Origin: Octopus bimaculoides
Taxonomy: Eukaryota
DNA: 64,000 bases
Direction: 5' to 3'
NCBI RefSeq assembly: GCF_001194135.2
Contig: NC_069004.1
Coordinates: forward strand, 22,350,092 to 22,414,091
A program made the position numbers and the translations under genes. Each line of letters begins with the position of its first letter. Position 1 is the first letter of the stretch. This document shows, piece after piece, positions 49,753 through 64,000 of the stretch. Below the pieces are notes generated by a model. The model saw only the letters and a program-made list of their open reading frames with translations, had not been told where the DNA came from and ran no database searches.

Positions 49753-52043
49753 GCACACGCACACAGAGAGAGAGCAGATGCTCATGTACCAGATATACAC
49801 ATGCATGCACACACACACACATCGACAAACTAATGTCTCTTACAAACCAAACCTCACTTCCTAGACAGAGAGTCACCACCAATATCCTGTCCTAGCATGT
49901 GGTTCTAGGAATTTATATATATATATCCATTGTGTGCATATGCACATGTATGCATATTTAGTGTGTATGAGTTTATGTGTATATATCTGGTATGTGAATA
50001 TTCATATCTCTAGTGTATGGGTGTATGTCTGGTATGTCCTGATGTGTTGATGTGCTATATGTACTACCACTCAGTGGCAACAGTGTTTTGGAGTGAGTAA
50101 CCAGATTTGTTGTATTCCAATAAGCAATTAAATTAAATGGCTCAATTAACCTTGACAATTGCATCTACTGGAGACCTGAGAATCTGCATATTATGAAAGA
50201 ACATCATGTTAATTTATCAAGAGTTACTATATGGGACAGCTCATCATCAAAGGAATAAAGATATAGAGTTCTATTTCCTGCAAGATAGAATAATACTACA
50301 CTACCATAGTAATGTAAGGGTGTAAGTCAAATAGGTGGACTGGATGAAGAACCTCAGTAGAATACCTTCTGCATTCACCAACTCTCACAACTCCGGACTA
50401 TTTCATAGGGATACTTAAAAGATAAAGTTTATGGTACAAAACTGGCAACAGATTACAAATTAAGGACAACTATTGAATGAGAATGTGAACAAATATTGAA
50501 TGAAATATTTCTTGGTGTTTGCATTTCTGTTTGCATTGCATTATCAGTGCCTTGTCTAGAACCATGGTTAGTTTGAAAACAGGAGTGCATAAAGAAATGA
50601 AATTCTGTCTGTAGCTCCTATTAACTTTTGAAAATGAAATGTTTTAATAAACACTGACTTTAAAATCATTCAGTTTGTGTTAACACTGTTTTGGGTATCT
50701 TGCTGTAGAAAATCTGCCTCAAGAAATTACATCTGATCTATGCAAGCATGAATGATGATGATGATGGTAATAATGCATATAAAATATAATCTCAATAATA
50801 TGGAGAATGTATGATGATTATTGTTAAAAGACAAAGTATAGCAAAATAAATTCTTGATATACATATATATGAGAGGATACTGAAAAGTTCCTGGCTTTGG
50901 GTAAAAGAAAATACACAGATCAGTTAATTATGATTTTATTCAGTATATTCCCCTCTCAGACGCTTATTGCAGTGGTCCTTCAGTTTTGCTAAGCCCTGTA
51001 AAAGAACTCTGAAGGTGGGGCCTCCAGCCAGGCCTTTCATGATACCCTCAAAGCCAGGAACTTTTCAGCACCCCCTTGTATAAGCCTCTTCCTCCTCTAC
51101 TTTTCCATGCTTGCATGGGTTAGATAACATTTGTTAAAGTAAAGTATCTACACATCACATTATGATATATGGTCAGTCAATTTACTCTGTGTTTGTTAAC
51201 TGCTCAGCTATTCCACTAACAAAGAAAACAAGTATACCTCTAGTATTCCTACAATATACTAATATAGTATTGTTGTGTAATTGAGAAAAACATGGGAAAC
51301 TAAACATCATTATCATTTGATGTCCTCCTTCCATGCTGACAGTTTGACAGGAGCTGGCAAGGTTTCTATGGCTGGATGTCCTTCCTAATGCCAACCACTT
51401 TACAAAGTATATTGAATGTTTTTTTTTATGTGGTACTGGCTCCAGTGAGGTCATCAAATAACTTGCAAAACATGACCCCTCAACTGAGGTGGAAATAGTA
51501 TTGAAGAAGCTGGTTTTGTGCCAGATTATGAGAGGGTAGAGTATGATAGAGGGACAGAAACGTGTCTTGTTGTGGATGAGATAAATGGTTACTCCAGTTG
51601 AGAGAGAGAGAGAGAGAATGGGTAAGATGGTGAAGATGTGATGGGGCATATTCTCAAATTACAGGGAAGCATATGTAAGGGGAATCAGGGATTGGACAGG
51701 CTGGGTGTATAAGTTCACTAGATTGCAAAAGGAAAGGTAAGTGGAGATGAAGGGGAAAGTGGTGAGTGGACACGGGTGTTAGGAGGATATGTTGTGACAT
51801 ATCATGTGCAGATCGGTTCATGAGGGAGAGTGGGTGGTTGAGGGGAAGCGAATACTCTGAGCAGTGAACATAGGTGGAAGGAAGTGTTAGGAAGATGGTT
51901 TGTTGAGTATAGATTGTGTGTGGAGATACGGATATAAAGGATATACTTTTATGGCCTCAGTATTACTTAGCTAGATGGGCCTTTTCAAACACAGCAAATT
52001 GCCAATCATCTTGGTCCTTTGCCATCTCCCCTGGTGCAATTAG

Positions 52044-52550
52044 CCCTTCAGCATTGAAATTACTTTGTCAAGCGTAATGCTTATTTATCGTCATTGTTTT
52101 GAATCAGTCATAAAATATCTTGTAGCATCAAGATTTTGATGATGTGATTGTTTAGTTTCAGAATGACTGCAGGGTGGATGTGAAAGGCCAGATCTGGCCA
52201 GTTTGAACATAAAACAGGTAGAATATTTTGGCTAGAGATGGCCAGTTTAAATGCTAAAGGATTTAGTTGTTTTCATCAAAACGTAAACCAATGAATTGGA
52301 CAGAATCTTTTGGCAAACACAAATTTTGAAAATAGATCATTCAGTTGTGCTTAACTTTTAGCATTCAGTCTGGCCATATCTGACGACCCAAACATTTTAC
52401 CTGTTTTATGCTTGAATTGGTCAGATCTAGTCTCTCATACCTACCTTACAATCACATCATTACAATTTAAAAGCTACAAGATAAAGCATATTTAAAACAA
52501 TGTGAATCAATAAGAATTGCATTTGTCAGAGAAATCTGAATGGTGAAGGG
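52044..52550. mobile_element. Two piggyBac-type MITE copies in inverted orientation
   Basis: Copies at 52044-52261 and 52355-52550 (ttaa...ttaa flanks), same family as 29662-29870, ~93 bp apart. Confidence 0.8.
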
Positions 52551-54419
52551 TTAAAGGCTTTGCTGGGGCACCATCTTGAAGAATTTTTATTTGAATGAAT
52601 TAACCCCTGTACTTTTTTTTAAAGCCTGCTACTTATTCTATTGGCTTCTTTTGCCGAACTGCTCAGTTACGGAGATGTAAAATCACCAACATCTGTGATG
52701 GGGAGAACAAAGACACACACGTATACATCTATCTATCTATCTATCTATCTACACAATGGGCTTCTTTCAGTTTCCATCTACCAAATCCATTCCAATCTGA
52801 AGCTAAAGTAGAAGACACTTGTCCAAGGTGCCTTGCCATAGGACTGAATCTGGAACCATGTGGTTGGGAAGCAAGCTTCTTACCACACAGCCATGCCTGC
52901 ACCTTTGTATATTTGAACCATTTTACCATACTTAATTTTATTAATTTAATTTAGTAATTAATAAATTTGTACAACTTCTTTAGAAAATTACTTCAGTATG
53001 CATTTGTAATTTGTTTTGATAAAATACAAAAACTGACAAAATATGTGCTTTATATGAAAAAAAAAAAGAAAAAAAAAAGAGATAAATAGAAAATTGAAAA
53101 TGGATTCCAGATTTAAATTTAGTATCTTAGAAATACATAGAATCAGTCTAAAAATCCATGTCACTGTAAATGGCTAAGACTGGTATAAAATCTCTGGATA
53201 TAGACTGCCTGCAATGTATATAGATAATCTTTGTGTAGGTAATCTGTGTGTATATAGAACAGCTGCCATGTATCTTTTATCATTTACCTTTTCTTGTTTC
53301 AGTCATTGACTGTGGCCATCTTGGGGCTCTGCCTTGGAGAAATGTAGTTTTATGAATTGACCCTACTACTTGGTTTTTTTCTTCTAATAGTCTCTTTTGC
53401 CAAACTGCTACTTTTATGGGGATGTAGACACACCAACACTGCTTGTCAGGTGGTGGTGGAGACAAATACAGCCATAAAGGCACACACACGCACAATGGGC
53501 TTCTTTCAGTTTCCATTTACCATATCCACTCACAAGGCCTTGGTTGGCTCAAGGCTATTGTAGAAGATACTCAAGGTGCCATGCAGTAGCACTGGACCCA
53601 GAACCATGTGGTTAGGTAGCAAACTTCTTACCACACAACCACACCTGTACCTATGTATATGTAATCTGTGTGTATACACACTGATGTGCTATATACATAG
53701 ATGATGATCTATATATACACAGCAAATGATATATATAATCTACAAAAATACAGATGATTATTGTATTCACAAAATATCTAAATACATGGCAGATAATCTA
53801 CTGAATATACATACGTATAGACAACTTACCATGATATAGATAATACATGTATGTAGATAATTTTCTGTATTTGCATATCACTTTCTTTGAAGATTCCTTT
53901 AACCCTTTAATGACCATAACTTTTAATGAAATAAATGAATTGATTAATGAAATATTTTCTGCCTGTATTTTAGTTAATTTTTAAAATAATCAAGAATTTG
54001 GAGATGTAAAATAACTAGTTTCATTTATTAGTTTATCAAACTGGTGTATGTGATAATGTAATTAAAGGCTCTTAATAGAATTATGATGGAAGATTTTATT
54101 TTGAATATAAACTCTTTAAAACAGATTTGTTTCATAGAACTAGAAGTTTTAATGACTTAGTCAGAAAAGGAAGGGTAGCACCTGCAAGTTATCCTCAGCC
54201 CGGATGTTTACAACTGGGCCTGGATATTTACAGCAGATTAGACTCTGCTAAAGCCATCAGAGAACCAGGTAGTGATGTTAAATCAAGGGATAGATTAAGT
54301 CTACCATATGAAAATAAGAGCTTCCATACAGTTCCCATCTATTTAATTTCACTTACAACCTGGAGTTATGAAAGATGACATTTACCATGGTGCATCTCAG
54401 TGGGAAACCAGAATAAAGT

Positions 54420-55330
54420 TATTTGTTAAGCAAATTTCTTAACTATGAAAGTGCAATCTGTGTGTCCCGGTTGGTATTATCCCTGCATTTGTTGTGTATA
54501 CAGGCATTCTCTTTATGTATGTAGCACTGATGGGGCAGCAGGGTTGGATGCTCTGTGAAACTAACAGACTTTAAATGTGATCAGGTGTTCAGGTGCCACT
54601 TGTCTAATAAGCCTGAATGTGAGATTTCCACCCTCCTAAACATCCCTACGTCTGCTGTTTCCAATGTAATAATGTAGAAATGGGACGTGTACAACTGAAA
54701 AGCATTTGGAGACTGTCGACTGTTGAAGAAGGTCATATAGCATAATTGTCTATCACCCCTCACCAGCATCACACAGGAATTCCAAACTGCAGCAGGATCT
54801 ACTCCAAGCATCATGTCTGTTTGGTGTGAGGTGGGGAAACTTAGTTTCCATGGGGACAGCTGACTTGTAATTGATGAAGAGGTCTCGGCAGGCTGCTTTT
54901 GGTGGAACACTGTGTTGATTCTTCCTCTGTCTGTGATGCTTAAATGAAAGTCGAGTAAGGCGAGGGAACCATCATCGTTCAGGTATTTGATGGTGAAATT
55001 GATGTACTGGTCCATGTCATTGAAGCTTTTCAGTATTGTGTAGGCATTCTCATGGGATATAGTGAGCATGAAGATGTCCAGACACCTGTTGAAGAAGGCA
55101 CATGAGCAGCAAGTACTGAGTGCTCTATTCTCCAACTGGAGTATGACATTGATAGTCCAATCCAACTGAAAGAACACTTAACTATTAATGTGTCTTCTAC
55201 AAGCACTAAATCAAATGTGGCAACACCACCAAAGAGAGATGCTTCCATACTGACTATGGAGAGGAATACAAGAAATTTCCATATCAAGGGATCCTTACTG
55301 ATCTCCCGGCTTAACCTGAAGATTAACAGT
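54420..55330 (-). mobile_element. Penelope-like RT relic interrupted by a 320-bp insertion
   Basis: YTILKSFNDMDQYINFTIKYLNDDGSLALLDF..DLFINYKSAVP on one side of the insert and ..IHNKCRDNTNRD on the other. Confidence 0.75.
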
Positions 55331-56062
55331 CAGTTGGAGTTGGGCTAATGGCTCCTATAAATTACCAACAGCCCCCTACATTACTGTGGCTATGACTAGC
55401 AACATCATCACTATGACAGTGATACAAACATCATTTTTGCTCTCAGCATAGCTACTACCATTGCCATTGTCTGCCTTGATGAAGTTTGTTGCTGTTGCCA
55501 GCACCAACTTGTCAATGACTACCACAAGGTCATACATCTCTGACTACGACCATCACATTTACCACCACTGCTAAGAGCTCCATTGTAGACAACACCATCA
55601 CTGACTAATACCACAGCATTTACCACCATTGACAACCACCTCCACCACTACTACCAAGCTACAGCCTGTCTTCCACTATTGCCCTCTGTGTGACATCTAC
55701 AGCACCAACAACACATCATTTGGGGAGCTGCTTTTCCTAGCACAATCACTAAACTAAAATGGAGCCACTGCCCATCCAGCTATCCAAATAGTAGGATCTA
55801 CTTTGGCACATTCCTCTGACTGTACACCTCTAAAATTGAGCATTTGTGCCCAAAATACATAATGGCTTTTCAATTTTCATCTCTGCATTGTTAGGCTTCC
55901 TCATTTCCCTTTTCACACATGCACGCACGCACGCACGTGTGTGTGTGAGTAGAGTAACTAAAAAAGAGAAAAATAACCAAAGTGTGTAGTATAAATGTAT
56001 CCATTTATGAAAGTTGAGGCAATTCTCATACATACATACATGTACTCCACACAAACACATTT

Positions 56063-56096
<34 letters not shown>

Positions 56097-56587
56097 ACCA
56101 TTTCATAATAAACATGAATGATAGGATTGCTGCATGTTAATGATGTCATCATTTATGGATTTTGCTATTGGCTCCAGTTTTCTATTTTTTCTCAACAATC
56201 AGGAAGTTTGTCTTAGTTTATCACTGGTGAGTTCTTCATCTGTGTTTTTTAATCTTTCAGCTGAGTTGAGCTATTAATACCATTTTGTTGATTAAGCTGG
56301 TGTTTTTTCCGAAAGGATGGTTTTGTTGGGGTAGGAATTCTATATAAGATTAGTTATGTTGTGAATATTTTCCTATCTAATTTAATCGTGTTTTGTGTGA
56401 TGTAATGTTTAGCAGTAACTCTTTGTTCTAGATGCATTGTCAACCAATGAAAATGTGTTGTATGTTCAATGCAAACTCTCATGAAGTCTGCAACTTTCAA
56501 GATTGCATATAAACATATTTAAACCTTGTGTCAGTCCTGACTATACAGACCTGTATATATATATATACACATGCACGCACGCACGCA

Positions 56588-56689
<102 letters not shown>

Positions 56690-56749
56690 TACTTGCTCAC
56701 TCATTCACTCTGATCAAAAATATCTGGATACCCCATGAAACGTGTGTTT

Positions 56750-57190
56750 ATAATAGAGGGTGACACAGTAGATCATAGAGGCTGACTGGTCAGTGTTCTC
56801 AGTAGCCACCAGACAGTGCTAGGCAGCAGGGTTGGATGCTCTGTGAAACTAACAGACTTTAAATGTGATCAGGTGTTCAGGTGCCACTTGTCTAATAAGT
56901 CTGAATGTGAGATTTCCACCCTCCTAAACATCCCTACGTCTGCTGTTTCCAATGTAATAATGTAGAAATGGGACGTGTACAACTGAAAAGCATTTGGAGA
57001 CTGTCGACTGTTGAAGAAGGTCATATAGCATAATTGTCTATCACCCCTCACCAGCATCACACAGGAATTCCAAACTGCAGCAGGATCTACTCCAAGCATC
57101 ATGTCTGTTTGGTGTGAGGTGCGGAAACTTAGTTTCCATGGAAGAGCAGCTGCCCATAAGTCACACATCACACAGACAATGTGGTGATCT
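56750..57190 (+). mobile_element. Tc1 transposase 5' relic (donor of the 320-bp duplication)
   Basis: KLTDFKCDQVFRCHLSNKSECEISTLLNIPTSAVSNVI..EFQTAAGS..FHGRAAAHKSHIT. Confidence 0.8.
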
Positions 57191-57231
57191 GATGTTAGGG
57201 TGTGGGTGTGACGAATGCCTGGTAAACAATA

Positions 57232-57286
<55 letters not shown>

Positions 57287-57641
57287 CCTTGGCTATTTCT
57301 AGGTGCTGAGGGAACTTGCCTCCTTTGTCAGTCATTAAGATAAGGTGCTTCTTGTGGCTACGAGTTGTTTTAACTCTTATTTGTAGCAATTCTGGTGCTG
57401 ACTTGTGCCCTCAGCCACTTTTGTGACATGTATATTTCTGCTTTTTGGTTGTAAAATTGCGAACAAGTCACCCTTGTTATTTATACAAATGTGTATGTGT
57501 GTGTGTGGAGTTGGTTAGCTTGGGATATGGACATGTTCTGTGTTCATGAAGAGCCAGGTTAACCTGTTATAATGTGTGTATGTAGACTAAGTGAATAAAA
57601 AATACAATTTGTGACACATAAGTATGAAATATATATTTTAT

Positions 57642-57682
<41 letters not shown>

Positions 57683-59176
57683 CTTTTACATAGTTTACAT
57701 CATCACTCAAAACCAAGTTAATGGACCATTCCCATGGATTTGAGAAATAATTAGACAGTCATACAGACTGACACAAAAGGGCTCTTTTGTGTGAGTATCT
57801 ATAATTATTTTTCAAATACACCTTAATGATTGCTGTAAAGTTACTGGCACCCTTGGGATGCTGAATGTTGGTGCCCTGGCAAACTGAATTTTGGTATCCT
57901 TACAGATGTAATTTAAAATTTAAAATATCCTTTTCAAGAAGTAAAAACTGAAAATATAGGAATTGGGTGGCTATTATATTTTAAGTATAGGAATTATTTT
58001 AATTTTTCCTTTGTTTCTCGGATCCCAAATGCATGACATAACACCTACCCCAGCATGTCGTACGCCAGACAACAGCTTTTACTACACATTTATATATACA
58101 GAATGAAGGTGTGTAGTATAGTTGTTAGGGTATTTGGTTCACTGTTATAAGATCACAAGTTCAAAAACTGGCAGCATGTTGTCCTTGAGCAGGACACTTT
58201 ATTTGCTGTTACTCCAGTCCACTCAGCTAGCAAAAATGAGTAGTATCTGTAATTGAAAGGGCCAACCTTGTCACATTCTGTGTCATGCTGAATCTCCCTG
58301 AGAACAACGTTAAGGGTACATATCTGTGGAGTGCTCAGTCACTTACACATTAATTTCAGGCTGTTCTGTTGATCAGATCAACCCTTATCATTGTAACCGA
58401 TGGAGTGTCAGTTAGTTGTTATATATAAACATTTTCAGAAATAATGTATATATAATTATAGGAACAGGTGCAGGCAAGCTGTATTAAGAAATTCAATTTG
58501 GAGCTTTGTGGATTAGGGTTTTTCCCACTGCATGGACACTGTTGAATGATGTTTTCTACAGTAACTATAGGTGAACCAATGCCTTGTGAATTTGGTAGAA
58601 GGAAACTGAAAGAAGGCCTTGTGTGTGTGTAATATATATAATCAATAGCACAATCAGGGTACCCAAATGCATAACCAGCAAAATGAAAAAAACTTGGTGA
58701 AAATACTTTTTTTGCTGTTTGTTACAAATTTTCATTTGATGTAAGAAAAATTTTAAATTCTTGATCAAAATGTGCATAAATTAGCATTTTAACTAGGGGT
58801 GTCAAATTACATAAAAATTCCTAATAATAATAAAAGGATAAATTTTTTTTTCTTCTTAAATTGCTTGTAAATATTCCTGATAAATACCTCTTTCATTCAC
58901 CATTAGTACATAACCATAACATATTATGAAATATGAATTAATTTTATATTTTATTTAATCAAAATAGACACTCAATTTTGAAGACATTACTTTGAGTTGA
59001 TATTAAACCACTTTCATATATATTTTATGATATTTTGCATTAGTAAAAGAGTTACAAGTTGAAACTTTCAATGAATTAATAACTTATATATGTTGGCCAT
59101 TATTAAGAAGTTTTATGAAATTAGGGCTGACATGTTGGAAGATATGGTATTTTTCATATCTAAACATAGATACAGT

Positions 59177-59302
59177 AATGAATTTTGAAATTTATGTTGA
59201 CATGAGTCAATGAATTTTGAAATTTATGTTGACATGAGTCAATGAATTTTGAAATGTATGTTGACATGAGTCAATGAATTTTGAAATGTATGTTGACATG
59301 AG
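59177..59302. repeat. 32-bp minisatellite, ~4 copies
   Basis: aatgaattttgaaat(t/g)tatgttgacatgagtc at 59177, 59209, 59241 and 59273. Confidence 0.95.
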
Positions 59303-60820
59303 TTGATATCCTAGGTGTGACACTTTGCTTCCCTCTGCTTTGCTCTATGCCTAGCCACTCTCTGTCTGTTCATCATCATCATCTTCTCTTGAGAAGCCTG
59401 TTGTTCCTTGCACTTTGCTCAATATCGAGCATTTTGATTCCTTTTCTTTGCATTCTTTGCTTCATCCCTAATGTCTTCTCTTGTTAGTCTACCTTTCCTT
59501 TTCATGGCATCCTTTTTCTCTGTGTATCTTGCTCTTTGCTTTTGTAATATTTCTTCTTTCTTCTGTTGATAATTTGCCTTGTTTTGAGCTGCCCTTTTGT
59601 CCTTTTTTTAATTTCATGTAATATGCGGGCCTTTCAACACCATCCATATCGTGAAAGTGTTGTGTATGAATCTGCATTGTAAAAGGACATTATGAATGTA
59701 TAGTCAATAAGTATCTTTAGTACATATACTTCAGTTTTAAATGGCCATATTTAAAATAACATTTGGGATCATATAATTCAAAATGCAATAAATAATGCTA
59801 AAATTACTTCTATTCAAATGTTCACCCTCCTCAGAAAACAATCATATGACCTTGAGACATTAGGTCAGTCTTTTTCATCCGCAGCAATATATAAACATAT
59901 AGTAATTTAAGTTCTTATTGCTCAAACTTGCTAAAATTTTCACACAGTGGATCACTACATGCGTACAGTTTATGCTTAAAAAAATGAAGGATATTGAATA
60001 AGGGAAAGAAATGTTTTACCTTGACAAATAATGATGTGTGTCACCGGAAATTCTGAAAAAAACAGGTGAACTTTTTTTTCCTCAGCATTTGAAGATGGCT
60101 GAAAACTCAAAACTGCCTGAATGTATATTCAGCATACCACACTGCAGTGTGTGTTCAGTACTTTCAGTAAAAGTAGAAAAAAAAAAAACTGTTTCCTCAT
60201 GTATGGCCATATAGCATGGGTTAAAAGTTCACAAGGTTGCTTAAATGAGCCAGCATTATTCTCCTATCATAAGCATGACATCTGACTTCATAACTTTCTC
60301 GAGTAGAGAGGGTCACTGTTGTTTATTGCCTGAGAAAAACCCATTAATTTGATACCAAACACATAGAGATAGTCTTGAAATTCAGACCTCAAAGCACTTA
60401 TTTTAATGCATTGCATGGGTTTTGGGGGACTTTCTGTCAAGTAATCTGAAGTAATTAACAGCAACTATAAGATCATCAATTGTGTTTAAATACTTGATTA
60501 TTGATATCTAAGCATACTACATGTGAATTTTGAAGTCAGTTGGTGCATTTTCTAAGAAGTTACACCTGTTTAAAGTGAAAAACCATGTTTGGGTACCCTG
60601 ATTGGGCTATATATATCTCATGTTTGTAATCCTTCATGTTAAGCATGTCTGACTATTTTGCTGTTTGTTGTTTGTAGGACTAGGGGAAATTTTATCTTAC
60701 TTGGGAGCAGGAAGATCATCTGGCCATGGAAAATCTACCTCAGCAAAGTTTGATCTGATATATACCAGCATGAATAAAGAACATTAAAATAATGATGAGG
60801 GTAATTGTGTGTGTGTGTGT

Positions 60821-60856
<36 letters not shown>

Positions 60857-62304
60857 NNNNNNNNNNNNNNNNNNNNNNNNNNNNNNNNNNNNNNNNNNNN
60901 NNNNNNNNNNNNNNNNNNNNNNNNNNNNNNNNNNNNNNNNNNNNNNNNNNNNNNNNNNNNNNNNNNNNNNNNNNNNNNNNNNNNNNNNNNNNNNNNNNNN
61001 NNNNNNNNNNNNNNNNNNNNNNNNNNNNNNNNNNNNNNNNNNNNNNNNNNNNNNNNNNNNNNNNNNNNNNNNNNNNNNNNNNNNNNNNNNNNNNNNNNNN
61101 NNNNNNNNNNNNNNNNNNNNNNNNNNNNNNNNNNNNNNNNNNNNNNNNNNNNNNNNNNNNNNNNNNNNNNNNNNNNNNNNNNNNNNNNNNNNNNNNNNNN
61201 NNNNNNNNNNNNNNNNNNNNNNNNNNNNNNNNNNNNNNNNNNNNNNNNNNNNNNNNNNNNNNNNNNNNNNNNNNNNNNNNNNNNNNNNNNNNNNNNNNNN
61301 NNNNNNNNNNNNNNNNNNNNNNNNNNNNNNNNNNNNNNNNNNNNNNNNNNNNNNNNNNNNNNNNNNNNNNNNNNNNNNNNNNNNNNNNNNNNNNNNNNNN
61401 NNNNNNNNNNNNNNNNNNNNNNNNNNNNNNNNNNNNNNNNNNNNNNNNNNNNNNNNNNNNNNNNNNNNNNNNNNNNNNNNNNNNNNNNNNNNNNNNNNNN
61501 NNNNNNNNNNNNNNNNNNNNNNNNNNNNNNNNNNNNNNNNNNNNNNNNNNNNNNNNNNNNNNNNNNNNNNNNNNNNNNNNNNNNNNNNNNNNNNNNNNNN
61601 NNNNNNNNNTAGGTACTGGAGTGACAGTGTGGTAAGAAGATTGCTTCCCAACCACATGGTTCCGAGTTCAGTCCCATTGTGTGGCATCTTGGACAAGTGT
61701 CTTCTACTATAGCCTCAGGCTAACCAAAACCTTGTGAGTGGGTTTGGTAGGTGAAAACTGAAAGAAGCCTGTCATAAGTATATATACATATATCTAAACC
61801 ATAAAAAGTCAGAAGGTATGAGGGACGAATATATTTATCTAACCACTTGGTATTCATAGGATTACAGATGTTTTGCAGCCTTCATCATGTAATAATTATG
61901 TCTGTGTATGATAAATTTTACATTTCTGCATCAATATGCATGCTACACATTGTACAATACAATTGTACATTTAAAAATCAAGGCAGATATAGAAGGCTAG
62001 TTCTTAAGATCACCAGAACATCTTGATTACACCAATGCTTCAGTTCTGCACATACTTACAAAATTTTCCTATATAAATATATATAGCGATAAATATATGT
62101 ATGTGTGTGTCTTTGTGTCTGTGTTTGTCCCCCATCACCACTTGACAGCCAGTGTTGGTGTGTTTACATCTGCGTAACTATGCAGTGTGACAAGAGACTG
62201 ATAGAATAAGTACCAAACTAAAAACAAAAAAAGTCCTGGGTCGATTAATTTGACTAAGAATTCTTCAAGGTGGTGTCCCAGCATGGCCACAGTCTAATGA
62301 CTGA

Positions 62305-62720
62305 AGCAAGTTTTACGCAGTTCGATATTGTCAATTTTTACCTGTCAATATCTAGGCTTTTGCTTCTAAAAGCATCAGACTTCACCAGGCAGTATGTCAT
62401 CATTGATAGCTCGGAAATAGATATTATCCTGCATGCAAGGAAATCCCTTCTTTTTTTACGATGATTCCACCTGGGTCAAAAAGAGTGACGATTCTCTTTT
62501 CGATGTACTGATGGGGATATATGATGGGATGGAGTTGTGTATGCTTATAGGAACTTATATTTTGCATAATCTGCATCTAGAATTCCCTTTTATAAATGCA
62601 GGATTATACAGGGATAATAGTTTTATAGTCACCCATAATTTAAACAGCCATGAGCTAGATAAACCTAGGAAGAATCTGATTACTTGGATTTGCAATTAGA
62701 TAAATTTAAACCCTATTGCA
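62305..62720 (+). mobile_element. Penelope-like RT fragment
   Basis: FTQFDIVNFYLSIS..RKSLLF..FDVLMGIYDGMELCMLIG..GLYRDN. Confidence 0.88.
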
Positions 62721-64000
62721 AGCTCAATGAAAAGCTATGTTATATTAGCAAAAAAAATCCACTCACAAGGCTTTGGTTGGCCCGAGGTTATAGTAGAAGA
62801 CATTNNNNNNNNNNNNNNNNNNNNNNNNNNNNNNNNNNNNNNNNNNNNNNNNNNNNNNNNNNNNNNNNNNNNNNNNNNNNNNNNNNNNNNNNNNNNNNNN
62901 NNNNATATATATATTTACGTGTATATTTATTTGTATATTTGTATGCATGTCTATATTTGTGTTTTTGTATGTATGTTGAATTTATGTAGATATGCATGTT
63001 GTTTTATATGTGCACATTTGGAAGCTGAACAAAGTATCTAACACTCGTTAGATACTTTTTAGGAACACCAACTTCCAAATCATCTTACTCTCTTCCTCTT
63101 TCTATTTTCCCTTTCTCTTTCTAATTTTCTTTCTTTCTCTTTTATTTCTTTTTCTTTTCCCTTCTTCCACTACTTGTTATTCTGATTTTCTTTTCATTTT
63201 CTTTCTCGCCTATAACAACTAAGTTGTATAAGCATACACCAGGAGGTATTATTTGTGTGAGTGTGTGTGCATGCACACATGTATATATATTTGTATATAT
63301 TTATGTTTTGCCTATATTTGTCTCTATATGTATGTAACCATGTACCAACGTCTGTATGTTTAGTGTATATATGTATGTATAGGTTGTTTGGTATGTGTAT
63401 GTATTGCTAAATATATGAGTATTTTAGCGTGCAAATTCTTTTTTTTTTAACAGATATATCTATTTAAATATTATTATTTTTTTCCACCAATTATTTACCC
63501 TGTGTATTCAGGTCTATTTTCTTCCTACATAAACTGTTTTTGATTTAAGGTTCTCTTCGATTTTTATAATAATATTTTAAGCCGCAATTGTAATTTCATG
63601 CAACCGGTTATTGAAAAGACCATTAGTTGAAAGGACCAATGAAACAAAACCATTTTCAAATGTGTATCTATCATATAACCTTATTTTGTTCCATTTGAAA
63701 CAAAATTGTCTGACAAACAGGAATGTGAAACTCCGAGTAACAGTTTCTGTGATATTTTTGCTGCTTTTTAATAGTGTATATATNNNNNNNNNNNNNNNNN
63801 NNNNNNNNNNNNNNNNNNNNNNNNNNNNNNNNNNNNNNNNNNNNNNNNNNNNNNNNNNNNNNNNNNNNNNNNNNNNNNNNNNNNNNNNNAGAATACGTAC
63901 ACCACCTGTTTGCACGTAATCCTAACGCTAACCACCGGGTGTATGTATTCTTTACTTTCGTTATATATATATATATATATATATATGTACATACACACAC

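Noticed and set aside
54527-54567. Hammerhead-like CTGATGG...GAAACTAAC
   Set aside because: A chance junction. The CTGATGG belongs to the PLE ORF and the GAAAC to the inserted Tc1 coding sequence (KLTDF).
56207-56230. 24-nt exon with strong splice sites
   Set aside because: It appears to lie in the antisense strand of a decayed PLE-like fragment, and the following intron would be only ~34 nt.
60678-60787. Exon-like frame with P-loop-like GRSSGHGKST
   Set aside because: The spacing is not GxxxxGKS, and the sequence is a decayed RTE tail.

Overview
AT-rich, repeat-saturated eukaryotic DNA from a gapped draft assembly. The SINE families and microsatellite load suggest an octopus genome (inference). 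There are eight N-gaps and no intact long CDS; nearly all ORF-track entries are microsatellite/N artefacts or decayed transposon frames. Recognisable relics include CR1, RTE, Tx1/L1 and Penelope-like (PLE) retroelements, a Ty3/Gypsy gag-pol, several Tc1/mariner elements, hAT- and piggyBac-type MITEs, and at least four tRNA-derived SINE families. Host-gene signal is limited to a probable bidirectional ETS-motif promoter (~20.5-20.8 kb) and a few low-confidence exons. The best novel signal is a near-intact minimal type-I hammerhead ribozyme (7303-7362, minus). It sits in a ~330-bp tandem unit (retrozyme-like) that was split by an ORF1-only (HAL1-like) Tx1 element with a perfect 15-bp TSD, and five more decayed hammerhead cores lie at 13.4-18.8 kb. 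Also notable are a 320-bp templated insertion inside a PLE ORF, an apparently 5'-inverted RTE, a nested foldback array behind the promoter and a perfect telomeric-repeat palindrome. All coordinates and alignments were read by eye; TE boundaries without a stated TIR/TSD are approximate.
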